A stretch of DNA of 63,054 nt, filler included, from Octopus bimaculoides (GCF_001194135.2; 4 parts of 4 records of this genome joined end to end with filler, not necessarily neighbours in it); one strand, 5' to 3'; counted from the whole stretch's first letter, positions 24,914 to 37,744 are shown. Translations and numbers: made by a program. The notes: a model not told the origin generated them from the sequence alone.

Positions 24914-25132
24914 TTAACCCTTTAGCATTCAAATTACTTTGTCAAACATAATATATATTTATTGAATTCATCATGCATATTATCTCATAGCTTTGAGATT
25001 TTAATGATGTGATAGTATATTTTTAGATTAACTGTGTATGTTAGGTGTGAGGGGCTGAATTCGGCTGGTTTGAACATAAAACAGGTAGAATATTTTGACC
25101 TGATGTGACCAGTTTACATGCTAAAGGGTTAA
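24914..25132. mobile_element. piggyBac-like MITE with TTAA target-site duplication
   Basis: TTAA-CCCTTTAGCAT (24914-24928) ... ATGCTAAAGGG-TTAA (25118-25132): perfect terminal inverted repeats starting CCC, no ORF. Confidence 0.8.
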
Positions 25133-26164
25133 AGAGTGGGAGGGAAGTTAGCTTCACATTGGACTGCTCGCAACAGACTGGACTCCATTAAAGCCACCCA
25201 CGTGTGCTAGTGACATATGAAATACACTCTATAAAGTGGTTCGCATTAGGAAGGGCATCCAGCCATAGAAACGAAGCCAACACATACAACTGGAATCCGG
25301 TCCAGCTCTAGTCCAGCTGTCTAAACTAATGCCAGCTTAGAAAACAGACATTAAAGGATGATGATGATATATATAAAATACTCATTACCAATTAGTTTTG
25401 CTGGATTTCAACTGCATTGGACTCTATCCTACATCCCTTTGTTTTGTTTTACTATGTGGTTCGTAAGCCTGATCCATTAAAGGAGCTTTTTTTTTTATGA
25501 GTACCACCAGATTAGTTAAATCCATATATATTGTCCATGACTGTTCCAAGTGCTTATCTTGCGAACTGTATCCCTTCTTTACTCCCCATTTATTTTAGCT
25601 ACGCAAAGAAGCTATTTGAGAATTAAGTGTCTTAAGGAAACGGTTCAGTGCTTGTTCACAAGATTTGAATTTATAATTGAGCACCTTAAAAATTTGGTAA
25701 GTTACCAAAGTTTAACGTACACCAAATTTCTCCCTGATCGATTTGATGACAAATCACATGTAAACTTGTATGATAAGCAGATAAGGATTAACAAAACTGG
25801 CACAGAAAAGATTGACCATTGACCTTAAATTAGTGTCGTGTCACATAGCGCAAGAGGAGACAACTCAGAGCTTATACGAGTTATTTCCCTTGGTTACTTC
25901 ACACCTATATATATGTAATGTAGCTATTATCATTTAACGTCAGTGTTCTATGCTGGCATGGGTTGGACTCTGACAAAAACTGGCGAGTCAGAGGGACGTA
26001 CCAAGCCCTGTTGTCTATTTTGCCATGGTTTCTACAGCTTGATGCCCTTCCGAATGCCAACCACTTTACAGAATGTACTGGGTGCTTGTTTTGTGGAAAT
26101 AGCACTGGCAAGTTCACCAAGTAACAAGACAAAGTCAAGTACCATGTGTTTGTATGTATGTACA

Positions 26165-27011
26165 TAACTACCTATCTCACAGATGTCAATCTAGAAAGAA
26201 GGCACCCCAGGAGTGTCTGGATGAATAGATCAGAGAAAAAAACCTCAATCTCATGCGTCTTGATCTGGCAAATGCTTATGGGCCAATACCTTAGAAGATG
26301 GTCCAACTGGCTCTCAAGATATATCATGTTTCAAAAGAATAATCAAGAAATAATGAGAAAGTACTTTCATGGCTTCTCAGTGCAATTTTCTACAAAGGAT
26401 TTCATGACAGACTGGATCATTTTGAAAGTTTGTTTAGCAATGGGTTGTACCATTTCTCAAATACTGTCTGTGCGGGCAATGAAGGTCATCTTTAAAGCAG
26501 CTATGAGTGGTTCCAGTTTGGCAGACTTTGGAAATGGATACTGAATAATGCAATAACCCTGTCCACATGAAACATGCAGAATACTGAAGTGTGTTAACAA
26601 ATACTCAAGGAAATGGCATGATATCATATTGTTGCCAAACAAAGCTGAAGCTACATAGAGTACGAGACTGGAAAAAGCAAGGTTTTGTGTACGCTTGAGG
26701 ACTCAAGAGACAAAGTTGGGAGATCAATCCAGAATAGGCTGAGAACTAATAGAAAATCGAAGGTTCAAGAGGTGATAGGTGAATCAAAGGTTAGTCTTGG
26801 GGTAAGAGAAATAACAGGATTCACACAAGCCAATGGATGACGAGAGGGTGCACTCCAAAAACAGTCTCAGCTGGAATGACAAATAGCATATGGCTCTTCT
26901 TAGAACTAACTTCATCCTCAGATATCTATTAACTTTCTGCTCTTGAATACAAAACCTTGTGAAATAGGAGAAATCAGATAACCCAGCACACCCACTTTGC
27001 AAAGGCCTGGC
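26165..27011 (+). mobile_element. Decayed HERO/R2-group (RLE-type) non-LTR retrotransposon fragment
   Basis: RT motifs across stops and frameshifts: (Q)KEGTPGVSG*, RLDLANAYGPIP, AMGCTISQILSVRAMKVI, later EKAR..DSRDK and DNPAHPLCKG. Cut off by the spacer at 27012. Confidence 0.75.
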
Positions 27012-27111
27012 NNNNNNNNNNNNNNNNNNNNNNNNNNNNNNNNNNNNNNNNNNNNTTAATTAATTAANNNNNNNNNNNNNNNNNNNNNNNNNNNNNNNNN
27101 NNNNNNNNNNN
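27012..27111. other. Artificial 100-bp assembly spacer
   Basis: 44 N + TTAATTAATTAA (27056-27067; stop codons in all six frames) + 44 N. Confidence 0.95.
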
Positions 27112-27145
<34 letters not shown>

Positions 27146-28218
27146 TAAACATATATACACATGCACACATACACACATTGCACAGTTATACACACACACA
27201 TAATGTTTATTATATGTATGGTTATGTATGGTGCATACACACACTATGTGTCTGTATGTATGTTTCCAGACATGCAAGTTGTGCGTGCATTTATGATTGT
27301 GCACATTTGCATGTATATGAGTGTTTATATTGTGTGTGTGTATGTGTGTGTGAGTGTATGTATGTATGTATGTACGTACGTACGTATGTATGTATGTATG
27401 TATGTATTATGTATGTATGTATGTATGGTATGCGTGTACATGTATAAAGGATAGTGTTGAATTTAAACCCCTGCTCAACATGTAGGAGTCTTTCAATTGT
27501 TGCTTGGCAACGGTAATAAGTTATTACAATGAGGTTTGGAAGGTGTTTGGTTAGCGAAACTCCTAAAATACCCAACAAGCCAGTGACCATATCTTACTGT
27601 TGTTTGTTTTTATGACCCCCCCCCCTCACTAAACGTTTACNNNNNNNNNNNNNNNNNNNNNNNNNNNNNNNNNNNNNNNNNNNNNNNNNNNNNNNNNNNN
27701 NNNNNNNNNNNNNNNNNNNNNNNNNNNNNNNNNNNNNNNNNNNNNNNNNNNNNNNNNNNNNNNNNNNNNNNNNNNNNNNNNNNNNNNNNNNNNNNNNNNN
27801 NNNNNNNNNNNNNNNNNNNNNNNNNNNNNNNNNNNNNNNNNNNNNNNNNNNNNNNNNNNNNNNNNNNNNNNNNNNNNNNNNNNNNNNNNNNNNNNNNNNN
27901 NNNNNNNNNNNNNNNNNNNNNNNNNNNNNNNNNNNNNNNNNNNNNNNNNNNNNNNNNNNNNNNNNNNNNNNNNNNNNNNNNNNNNNNNNNNNNNNNNNNN
28001 NNNNNNNNNNNNNNNNNNNNNNNNNNNNNNNNNNNNNNNNNNNNNNNNNNNNNNNNNNNNNNNNNNNNNNNNNNNNNNNNNNNNNNNNNNNNNNNNNNNN
28101 NNNNNNNNNNNNNNNNNNNNNNNNNNNNNNNNNNNNNNNNNNNNNNNNNNNNNNNNNNNNNNNNNNNNNNNNNNNNNNNNNNNNNNNNNNNNNNNNNNNN
28201 NNNNNNNNNNNNNNNNNG

Positions 28219-28605
28219 GTAAGTAGCTTGCTTACCGACCACATGGTTCCGGGTTCAGTCCCACTGCGTGGCACCTTGGGCAAGTGTCTTCTACTATAGC
28301 CTCGGGCCGACCAAAGCCTTGTGAGTGGATTTGGTAGATGGAAACTGAAGGAAGCCCGTCGTATATATGTATATATATATGTGTGTGTATGTGTGTGTGT
28401 TTGTGTGTCTGTGTTTGTCCCCCTAGCATTGCTTGACAACCGATGCTGGTGTGTTTACGTCCCCGTCATTGGCGGTTCGGCAAAAGAGACCGATAGAATA
28501 AGTACTAGGTTTACAAAGAATAAGTCCTGGGGTCGATTTTCTCGACTAAAGGCGGTGCTCCAGCATGGCCGCAGTCAAATGACTGAAACAAGTAAAAGAG
28601 AGTGC
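28219..28605 (+). mobile_element. Family-B bipartite tRNA-derived SINE (head, internal AT/GT microsatellite, 3' module)
   Basis: GGTTCAGTCCC B box, GCACCTTGGGCAAGTGTCTT core, microsatellite at ~28362-28415, and 3' module ending GACTGAAACAAGTAAAAGA. Confidence 0.85.
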
Positions 28606-29899
28606 GAATAATAAGTCTTGTGAAAAAACATATGGTAGACGCCTCCGAAATCTAAATTGATTAAAACTGATTGCAGAGAATTGAATTCAGAATGGCGTCT
28701 GGTATGTGGTAAATACAATGATGTAACTGCGGTCGTTCTGCAGCGATACTTTCACTTGAGCCACATCCATTCCTTCAAGGTTGATATCTTGTTTTAGCTA
28801 TTTCGCCCAAAGGTGATAAATTGAATTTAATCTTCAAATAAGGAAGTCTACTTAGAATGTTACCTGCGATTGATTTGCACTTTCTCAATGGAGAGTTACC
28901 ACTCATCCTTTTACACTCCATAAAACGGATTTTATATGTTGAATCTCATGGAACGTAGAAGGAATATATTTTATACATTTTATAAGTATCGATTGCTCTT
29001 ATAAATATTTACCCGAGCGGTAAATCCCAGGTAGATAGCTTTTGCGGATTAACTCAACTCATGGTTGATGGTTGTTCTTTAATCTTCGCCGACAAACTGG
29101 AAAATACTTTTATGAAAGTTTTAATATATATGTATTTATATTTTGCGCAGAGATGCATTGAAATACCAAAGTTTGCATTTAAGTACGCAATAAAATCACT
29201 TGTAGATAAAAAAAAATCAGCCTACTTGCATGTTGGTATCTCTTATTGAGAAAGCCGAGAAGAAGACCTTCTGATACAAAAAAAAAAATGCGATTCAAAT
29301 AATTTCCGGTGATCTTACTGTTGCTTGTCAATGGTTATTTAACGAAGGATACTCAGTGAGTGGTATGTCACTATATACTAATGATGTGCAGCTGTCACAT
29401 CAACACGAGTATTGAGACGGCTATCATCAGACAAGATGAAGCAATCATCATATATGTATGTATGTATGTATGTATGTACTACGTGTGCGCGCACTCTCGT
29501 GTGTGTGTAAGTTATGATGGCTTTATTTTTCGAATTTCTCACCAATAGCGAAAGCGCTAATTTTTAGCCAGGCGACAAGATACCTGCATTGGAATTTAGA
29601 CGATTCCAAACAGAAAAATCTTGTTATACATATGTTTGTATGTTTGTACGAATGTATCATAACTATTTTTTCATACTTTCGTTCTTATATTTTTGCACTT
29701 TGTTTGTAACTCTAAGGTACCAGGGTCGATATAATCGATTAATCTCGCCACAAACACCACCCCACACTTCAAAATTGTTGACCTTGGGCCTAAAGCAAAA
29801 ATCTATCATTATCATGATCATTATCATCATTATCATCATCATCATCATCATTACCTTTCTGGTAATTAATTAATGTTTTGAAAAAAATTGATGATTAAG

Positions 29900-31490
29900 A
29901 ATACGTTTTCCTCATAATATGCAAAATAGTATCATAGCTCCAGTTTGTATGTGATCCAGTGACCCAACGAGATAATCTCATTATTGGAAATGACATTCTC
30001 CAGCCATGAAACGAAAGACTAGCCTTCTCTCAAGAACTGCATTATTAAAGTTGTTTCGTTGATTATTTTCATAATAACGAACGGAATTTTCAGAGTTGTG
30101 TCTTCAGTACATTTTTGACGACAATTCTATGTAAGATATCTATCCTAATTACGGAATTCATGGTGTGATCACTGTGCGGTGGTCAAGTTACCTTAATTTC
30201 CATCGCTTATGCAGTGAGGGTGCTTTTCTTATTTAGTAAATCAGAGGAAGGGGTACAGTAACTTTGCTGGCCCAACTCCATGACTAAGAGAGATCGAAAA
30301 CACTTGATGTTCAACTTAAATAGGTCAGCCTCTGATGAAAAAAAAAAATAAGGTGGTTAGGAAACAATTTCAAAAGGCTGAAATTCTGTGGTGGAATGAT
30401 TTGATAAAGTGTTTTGAGTACACTCTGGACGTATGATAAGGCCAGGGGAATGGGCGTGGCTGATGAGCTTGGCTGGAGGGTGTATGCTGCTGATTTCAAG
30501 GATAAAACATCTAACCGAAATAAACAAATGTGCTTGAGGCAGGAGAAAACATCTATGGTAGATCTGTCTTCAGCATTTATGCTAGTGGTTGACAAGGAAG
30601 ATAAAGAAGCTGGAAACGGGACGCGTTGTCACGTATTACATAAAATTAGAGTAATCCCTATCGACAGAGGAAGAAAGATCGAAAATTTAATGAAAATAAC
30701 AGCCAAGGTTATTAAAACGAATATCCTCAAATCTGGTTGTCATAATTAGGCTGACATGATTAGAGGGTTGTCACTATTTGGTGATTGTACTCACACAGAG
30801 AAGTAGAAAAGGCAAATTTAGGGGAAATGCCTTATTGTCTGTATGTACATTGGGATGTTAGAATGGGCAGAAGTCGATGAGGGAGGTGTGTCTTTTTGGC
30901 TGAGGTGTATTACGTTGAAAGGTAATCCTATCAAGTTGACGTAAATATATTTAGAAGGGAAGTTTTTGACAAGTATTATCTTTTTGTCAAGAATGAACCA
31001 TATTTGTAATCAGGTGTAGTCTTCGTAGAACTAGTAAAGATTTTATCAACTTTCTGACTTGAAATACCATAATGATGTATAGTAGGAAGATATGAATTAA
31101 GTTGCAGACAATAAAATTGCTACAGAAACGGTCTTAATTTTGTAAAGTTGCGTAAGAAAGATAACAAAGATGTTTAGAGAATTAGTTTGCCAGTAAGAAA
31201 TAAATATGAATAGATGAAGAGAGTAACTGCTGTAGACATTTCAGAATATTAAACATATAAAACAAATCTGTTTCTGCACCAGTTTAGAAGAATGAAAACC
31301 AACATGAGATGTGTGCATCGAGGTTACCAGGGATGATGACATACTTGGAGTGTAAGTTGAGTTAGATGTGTTCAGTGTAAGACGAGGAATAATCGAAGAA
31401 ATGTTGTTGCTTAGAAGAGTTCGGCGCAGCAGATGAATATAGAGCAATAACGAATCCAGGTTTTGAACCAGGCTATCCAAATGGCACAGT
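29900..31490 (-). mobile_element. Decayed APE-type LINE (CR1/L2/Jockey superclade), endonuclease to RT
   Basis: Reverse strand reads FVIALYSSAAPNSSKQQHFFDYSSSYTEHI*...VIIPGNLDAHISCW (APE GDFN-H-W motif), WYFKSESW, and CTEDTTL (~30092-30112; degenerate YADDTTL). Many stops. Confidence 0.75.
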
Positions 31491-32079
31491 TCCTGGTATT
31501 CGGGTGAGTGAGTAGAGTAATTGGTAAGTATGACTATTATGGTTAAAGAGTAAAATGGAAAGTTTGTAGAATCGTTAGAGTGTCGGACAAAATACTTAGC
31601 GGTATTTGCTCCTGCTCTTCCTATTTGAAAACCAAATTTAACTGAAGTTAACTTGATCTGTCATCCTCTGGGATCTATAAAAATACCGGGAATTGATGAT
31701 ATCCACTAACCCTTCATCGCCTCAAAACTGCTGGCCTTGGATCTCAATTAGGAACAACTGCCATGCTAAAAGAGTTACGGCCTGTATATTTAGATGATGA
31801 AAGATCGCCTAACTCTCAATACTCAGTCCCCTATATTATAAAAAAAGGTATCATAGAATGATACCGCATAATCTAACTTCTCTCTGAAAGGTGGTGTCTG
31901 CCAGCACGGAATCATACTTTCTAGCGCGCCACCTTTGCAATAACAATAATAATAAGCAACTCTGCAATGGTAGAGTAAGATAAAATGAAGCCGCTTGTGT
32001 GATAACAAGATGGGAGAGAAGACCTCGTTAGTGACTTCCTCGCCCATCCTTAGTGTTATCATTAAAAGATATCGTAGAA

Positions 32080-32400
32080 GGTATTATAGAGGATATAGTT
32101 AGTGTTAAAAAATATAAAAGAGTGTGTGAAAAGCAAAACGAAAAGATTGAGCGGTATAAAACTTAAAGACAGAAATGTACGTGGGGCATAGGTCACTTTG
32201 AAATCATGTCATACTGGTAGTAATGTGTCTTAGAGGCAATAACAACGAAAAGGCATTGGATTACGAACTTTGGAGTTGAGATTTGTAGAGAACTTCTTCA
32301 GAAGATTGCACTATTAAGAAGAAACAGCTCGGATTCTTGAGAAAGTTTTTGCAATGCAAGAAAGGAAGAATATTTGAAGGACAGGTAATCATTTGTTATG
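32080..32400 (+). mobile_element. R4/Dong-type LINE 3' end (diverged from the other two)
   Basis: KQNEKIERYKT*..TWG and ELLQKIALL(fs)TARILEKVF match the R4/Dong C-terminal pattern. Confidence 0.65.
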
Positions 32401-32443
32401 ATTCACTTTGGTTTGTAGAAACGATGATACTGGCGGCGATGAT

Positions 32444-32680
32444 AAGGCGGCGAGCTGACAGAAACATTAGCGCGTCGGGTGAAATGCTTAGCGGTGTTTC
32501 GTCTGCCGTTACGTTCTGAGTTCAAATTCCGCCGAGGTCGACTTTGCCTTTCATCCTTTCGGTGTCGATAAATTAAGTACCAGTTACGCACTGGGGTCGA
32601 TGTAATCGACTTAATCCCTTTGTCTGTCCTTGTTTGTCCCCTCTATGTTTAGCCCCTTGTGGGCAATAAAGAAATGAGAA
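32444..32680 (+). mobile_element. Family-A SINE, subtype A2, CpG-rich and nearly intact
   Basis: AAGGCGGCGAGCTGACAGAAAC...GAGTTCAAATTCCGCCGAGGTCGAC...; alternative tail TAATCCCTTTGTCTGTCC...GGCAATAAAGAAAT. Confidence 0.9.
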
Positions 32681-33695
32681 ACGATGATAGTGATAATTTA
32701 TAATATAGATTTAAAACCATACATTTTATGGAAGCAGTTGATTTGAAATGATCCCTAGTAATTGAATGGTATATGTTTTATCGACACCAGAATGATGAAA
32801 GATGCACTTAACCTAGGCGGGATTTGAACGAAGAACTTAGGGATGTATCTAAACACCGCCTTTAATCAGTTATTACACCGATTCCGCCATCCACTACCCT
32901 TAGAGTTAACAATATATTAAAACAAACAAGCAGCTAAAGTGTGATATTAAAGAATTATAGAAAAATACAAACAAAAGGAGAGAGTTGTAAACATGATTTT
33001 ATGTTCGCATCATAAAATTAAGACATATCTAATGATTTGAATCAACTAACACATAATAAAGATAAATGAATAAAACTAAACATAAATGACGAAATGTGTT
33101 GAGATTTTTCACTCTCATATACATAACAGACACACACATACACACACAAGCACACACACACACATACAAACACATGTATGTATATATGTATGTGTATACG
33201 TATACATATATATGTATATACATACACACACATACATACATTCATGCATACATACATGCATACATACATACATTCACCCGCACACACATACGCACAGAGA
33301 GAAACGTGTATACGGTGGTCATTAGATGCGTCTTAATCAGAAAGTAAGACAACTTTATACAAATTAAATCATTCCAGGCAATTTCTCTGCTTGTTTAGTT
33401 CTGCATGAAAACAACAGTTAAGACAACAATGTCATAACATCTCTATTGAATGGCTTAATTGTCCACCCTTCTACCCACCACTTGTCTTTCTGTCACCCTT
33501 TCTTTTGTATTCCAACAAATATTGCGACCGTTACTTCAGTTTCTGATCCGCCATTTCAGCCGTATATAATATTTTAGCGCACCTTTCCATGGCGTTATTA
33601 TTGTCGCTATGACAACCGCTGTCATTTTATTACAGTCGCTACGATGAATGTCATCACCGTTCTTGTACATTCACTTTTTCTCCTCGCCCCCTATT

Positions 33696-33727
<32 letters not shown>

Positions 33728-35224
33728 ACTCTCCACCGTCCTATCTCTTTCTGTCTCCCTCTTTAATTCCCTTTCACAAAAGCCGTTTTACTTTCACTTT
33801 CTCTAACGCCCCCCCCCGCCCCCAACACTCTCCTTCTCTTTCTCTCGTTTGCTCGCTCGCACTCTCTGTGTGTGTCGTGTCTTCGTAGCTCACAAACTGC
33901 TCTTTTCCTCTTGACCGTCTGCGATCGCTTTCAGCAACCTCTCCCACGCTTTTCCTTCTGTTGTCCTACCCATATCACACACTCCTTACTTACTCCCGAC
34001 TTCACTCACTTTTCAACCCTCCTGCCCTGTTTCTTTTCCTTCATTGTTTTGTTATTCTACTTTACTTTCTTTCTTTCTTTCTTTCTTTCTCTCTACCTAC
34101 CTATATGCATGCATATAGGTAGAGATAGATATAGATATACATACATATATACTTTTACATATATATGTGTCTATACATATGTATACGTATGTATGTATAT
34201 NNNNNNNNNNNNNNNNNNNNNNNNNNNNNNNNNNNNNNNNNNNNNNNNNNNNNNNNNNNNNNNNNNNNNNNNNNNNNNNNNNNNNNNNNNNNNNNNNNNN
34301 NNNNNNNNNNNNNNNNNNNNNNNNNNNNNNNNNNNNNNNNNNNNNNNNNNNNNNNNNNNNNNNNNNNNNNNNNNNNNNNNNNNNNNNNNNNNNNNNNNNN
34401 NNNNNNNNNNNNNNNNNNNNNNNNNNNNNNNNNNNNNNNNNNNNNNNNNNNNNNNNNNNNNNNNNNNNNNNNNNNNNNNNNNNNNNNNNNNNNNNNNNNN
34501 NNNNNNNNNNNNNNNNNNNNNNNNNNNNNNNNNNNNNNNNNNNNNNNNNNNNNNNNNNNNNNNNNNNNNNNNNNNNNNNNNNNNNNNNNNNNNNNNNNNN
34601 NNNNNNNNNNNNNNNNNNNNNNNNNNNNNNNNNNNNNNNNNNNNNNNNNNNNNNNNNNNNNNNNNNNNNNNNNNNNNNNNNNNNNNNNNNNNNNNNNNNN
34701 NNNNNNNNNNNNNNNNNNNNNNNNNNNNNNNNNNNNNNNNNNNNNNNNNNNNNNNNNNNNNNNNNNNNNNNNNNNNNNNNNNNNNNNNNNNNNNNNNNNN
34801 NNNNNNNNNNNNNNNNNNNNNNNNNNNNNNNNNNNNNNNNNNNNNNNNNNNNNNNNNNNNNNNNNNNNNNNNNNNNNNNNNNNNNNNNNNNNNNNNNNNN
34901 NNNNNNNNNNNNNNNNNNNNNNNNNNNNNNNNNNNNNNNNNNNNNNNNNNNNNNNNNNNNNNNNNNNNNNNNNNNNNNNNNNNNNNNNNNNNNNNNNNNN
35001 NNNNNNNNNNNNNNNNNNNNNNNNNNNNNNNNNNNNNNNNNNNNNNNNNNNNNNNNNNNNNNNNNNNNNNNNNNNNNNNNNNNNNNNNNNNNNNNNNNNN
35101 NNNNNNNNNNNNNNNNNNNNNNNNNNNNNNNNNNNNNNNNNNNNNNNNNNNNNNNNNNNNNNNNNNNNNNNNNTGCTGTTACTTTTATGGTCACACCTAT
35201 TATTGAATGAACGGGTTCAGCCTA

Positions 35225-36117
35225 AACATGGCGGCGGTGGCGGTGGTGGTGGTGGTGGTGGCGGCGGAGACGGAGGTCGTCGTCATCGTTGTCGTTGAGT
35301 TGATGGTGGCGTAGAGACAACGATGACAATAAGATAATGCCTTGCTATTATTTAGCCACGGTGAGTTCTGATCGGGCAGGCCTATGCTCAAAGGCATTCC
35401 AGCCGTACCCATCAAGTCATTTTTAGGAGTATGTGGGACTATATTGACGGCGGGACTATATTGCTCACTATATTCAACTATTTTCCAAGAAATGGATAGG
35501 GCCGGTGGTTCGTTATGATAGTTTTGACAGCGGANNNNNNNNNNCTATGGCAGTGGCGATGATCATTTTAGGAGTATATTGGACAATATTTACTGTCTCT
35601 AGTGAGGTCGATCATTTCCCAAGAGGATATGGTTCGATCTAAGGAAGGTCTGCTGCTATTTCTAGCTGGTCAAGTGACTGCGTAGATGTGGTAATGGTGT
35701 TTGGTAACGTCGGTAAGACTAGTGGTAGTGATGATGGCGGAGTTGGAGGGTTGAGACGGTGGAAGTTCGGGGTGAGGGTACTAAAGGCGGGGTAGTAGTA
35801 GTAGGTGGTATAATGGTGATGGCTGGTAAGTTATGTCAGTGGTTGTAGCATAGGAGGTCGTAGTGGTGATTGGTGGAGATGATGGCTGTGGTGGGGGAAT
35901 GCATGTGCATGGAAATAGCTGTGGTGAAAGTGGTGGTGATGGTGGTGGTGGTGATGGTGGTGATGGTGGTAGTGGTAGTTCTGTTGTTGGTGATGGTTAT
36001 GGTGATAACTGTAGTGTTGGTAATGGTAGTACTTGTGGTGATGGTTGTTGTTGTGTTGTGATAGTAATGGTGGTGGTGGTGGTGGCGGCAGCGGTTGCGG
36101 CAGCGGTGGCTGCGCTG
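35225..36117. repeat. GGT/GGC/GAT trinucleotide-rich tract with an embedded family-E repeat
   Basis: Degenerate (GGT)n/(GAT)n. It produces the poly-G/V/H ORFs in the track. Confidence 0.8.
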
Positions 36118-37744
36118 NNNNNNNNNNNNNNNNNNNNNNNNNNNNNNNNNNNNNNNNNNNNNNNNNNNNNNNNNNNNNNNNNNNNNNNNNNNNNNNNNNN
36201 NNNNNNNNNNNNNNNNNNNNNNNNNNNNNNNNNNNNNNNNNNNNNNNNNNNNNNNNNNNNNNNNNNNNNNNNNNNNNNNNNNNNNNNNNNNNNNNNNNNN
36301 NNNNNNNNNNNNNNNNNNNNNNNNNNNNNNNNNNNNNNNNNNNNNNNNNNNNNNNNNNNNNNNNNNNNNNNNNNNNNNNNNNNNNNNNNNNNNNNNNNNN
36401 NNNNNNNNNNNNNNNNNNNNNNNNCTTTTTTTTTGTTGTTGTTGTTGTTCTTCTTCTTGTTGATTTTGCGGTGGTTATTTTTTTCCCCCCAACAACTACA
36501 TTATTTCTCTCTTCGTGTTTGGTGATTTGAAAGAGATTTTTGGCTGTCATTTCTAGTATAGAATGTTACTCGAAAGCAATTGAATAACTGTGGGTCAGAT
36601 AAACGTAGGTAGATAGGGGTGGTTGCTTGTTGTGTTTCTTAGTGGTGACGATGGCCATGACAGTGGATGGAAGCGGATTTTGTGGTGGAGCGGATTTTTA
36701 TGACTACAACACGTGCTGACATGTGGATGAGGGCAGGAGTAATATGTATGTGTGCGTATGTGTATGCATGTGTGCTTGTGTGTACCTGTGTGTATGCGTG
36801 TGCGTATATGTTCTTGCGTGTATGTACATATATATGTGTGTGTTGTGTCGAAATTGCGGTGAAATCCATCCGACAGCTGACGGGGAAACTGCGTTGTTAG
36901 CAACCGTTTGTGTTTCGTTTTTTTGCTTTTTTTTTTGTTTTTTGTTTTGTTTTTTTTGTTTTACTTGTGCCTTTGTTTCGTTTCTCTGTAAAGACTATTC
37001 TGTATATATGCATATGTGCGTGAGTGTGTGTGTGTGTATGTATACACATACATTCTTACATGTGTGCATACATACATGTGTGTGTGTGTGAGAGAGAGAG
37101 ATATCTTCGGATACAACTCGTGTGTTTGGTTGTCAGATTAACACGCTTGTCTAACATCACATGACGTTTTCATCAACATTACTACAATACATAGAGAACC
37201 ATAAATATGTTTTGCCGATAAGCGAAACCACAGTAAAGAAGCTGATGATGTACAGAAATGGCATTCGAAATTTGTCGCCAAGAGTTAGAGTTGTGAATTA
37301 CGGTTAGTGTCGCTTGTTTGCGGAATTCGAACTCAGAGACGTACGAAATGCCGTTAAGTATTCTACCCGACCTGCTAAAGATTCTGCCTGCTCACCGTTT
37401 CCATTTGCTTATAAATATTAAGTAGAGAATGAATTTAGTTTTGACTATATAGTAATTACCAAGAAGTACCATTTAGCTTTGACCTTACACTAAAAAGCAT
37501 TAAAATTGTATAAAAGTAGGCTTCGATGGCATTTCACAAAGATCTCATTTTATGTCGAAGAAAACTTATCAATTCTACAAGAGGACTGAATGTCATTTCT
37601 TTGAATTATGAAAACGTTTTAATAAAATAATTTTGTTTTATTTCTCTTATCTTTTATTTTCTACTTGATTCATTCATTGGCCTTGCTAGTGCATCGCCTT
37701 TGAGGGTTTAATTGAAAACATGAACCGCAATATTAATTTTTTAA

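Noticed and set aside
33872-36550. Very long ORFs through N runs (also near 2.6, 8.3, 27.6, 46.8, 52.1, 53.4 and 56.3 kb)
   Set aside because: N codons cannot be stops. The flanks are microsatellite translations (HTHT, YIYI, CVCV, MYVC).
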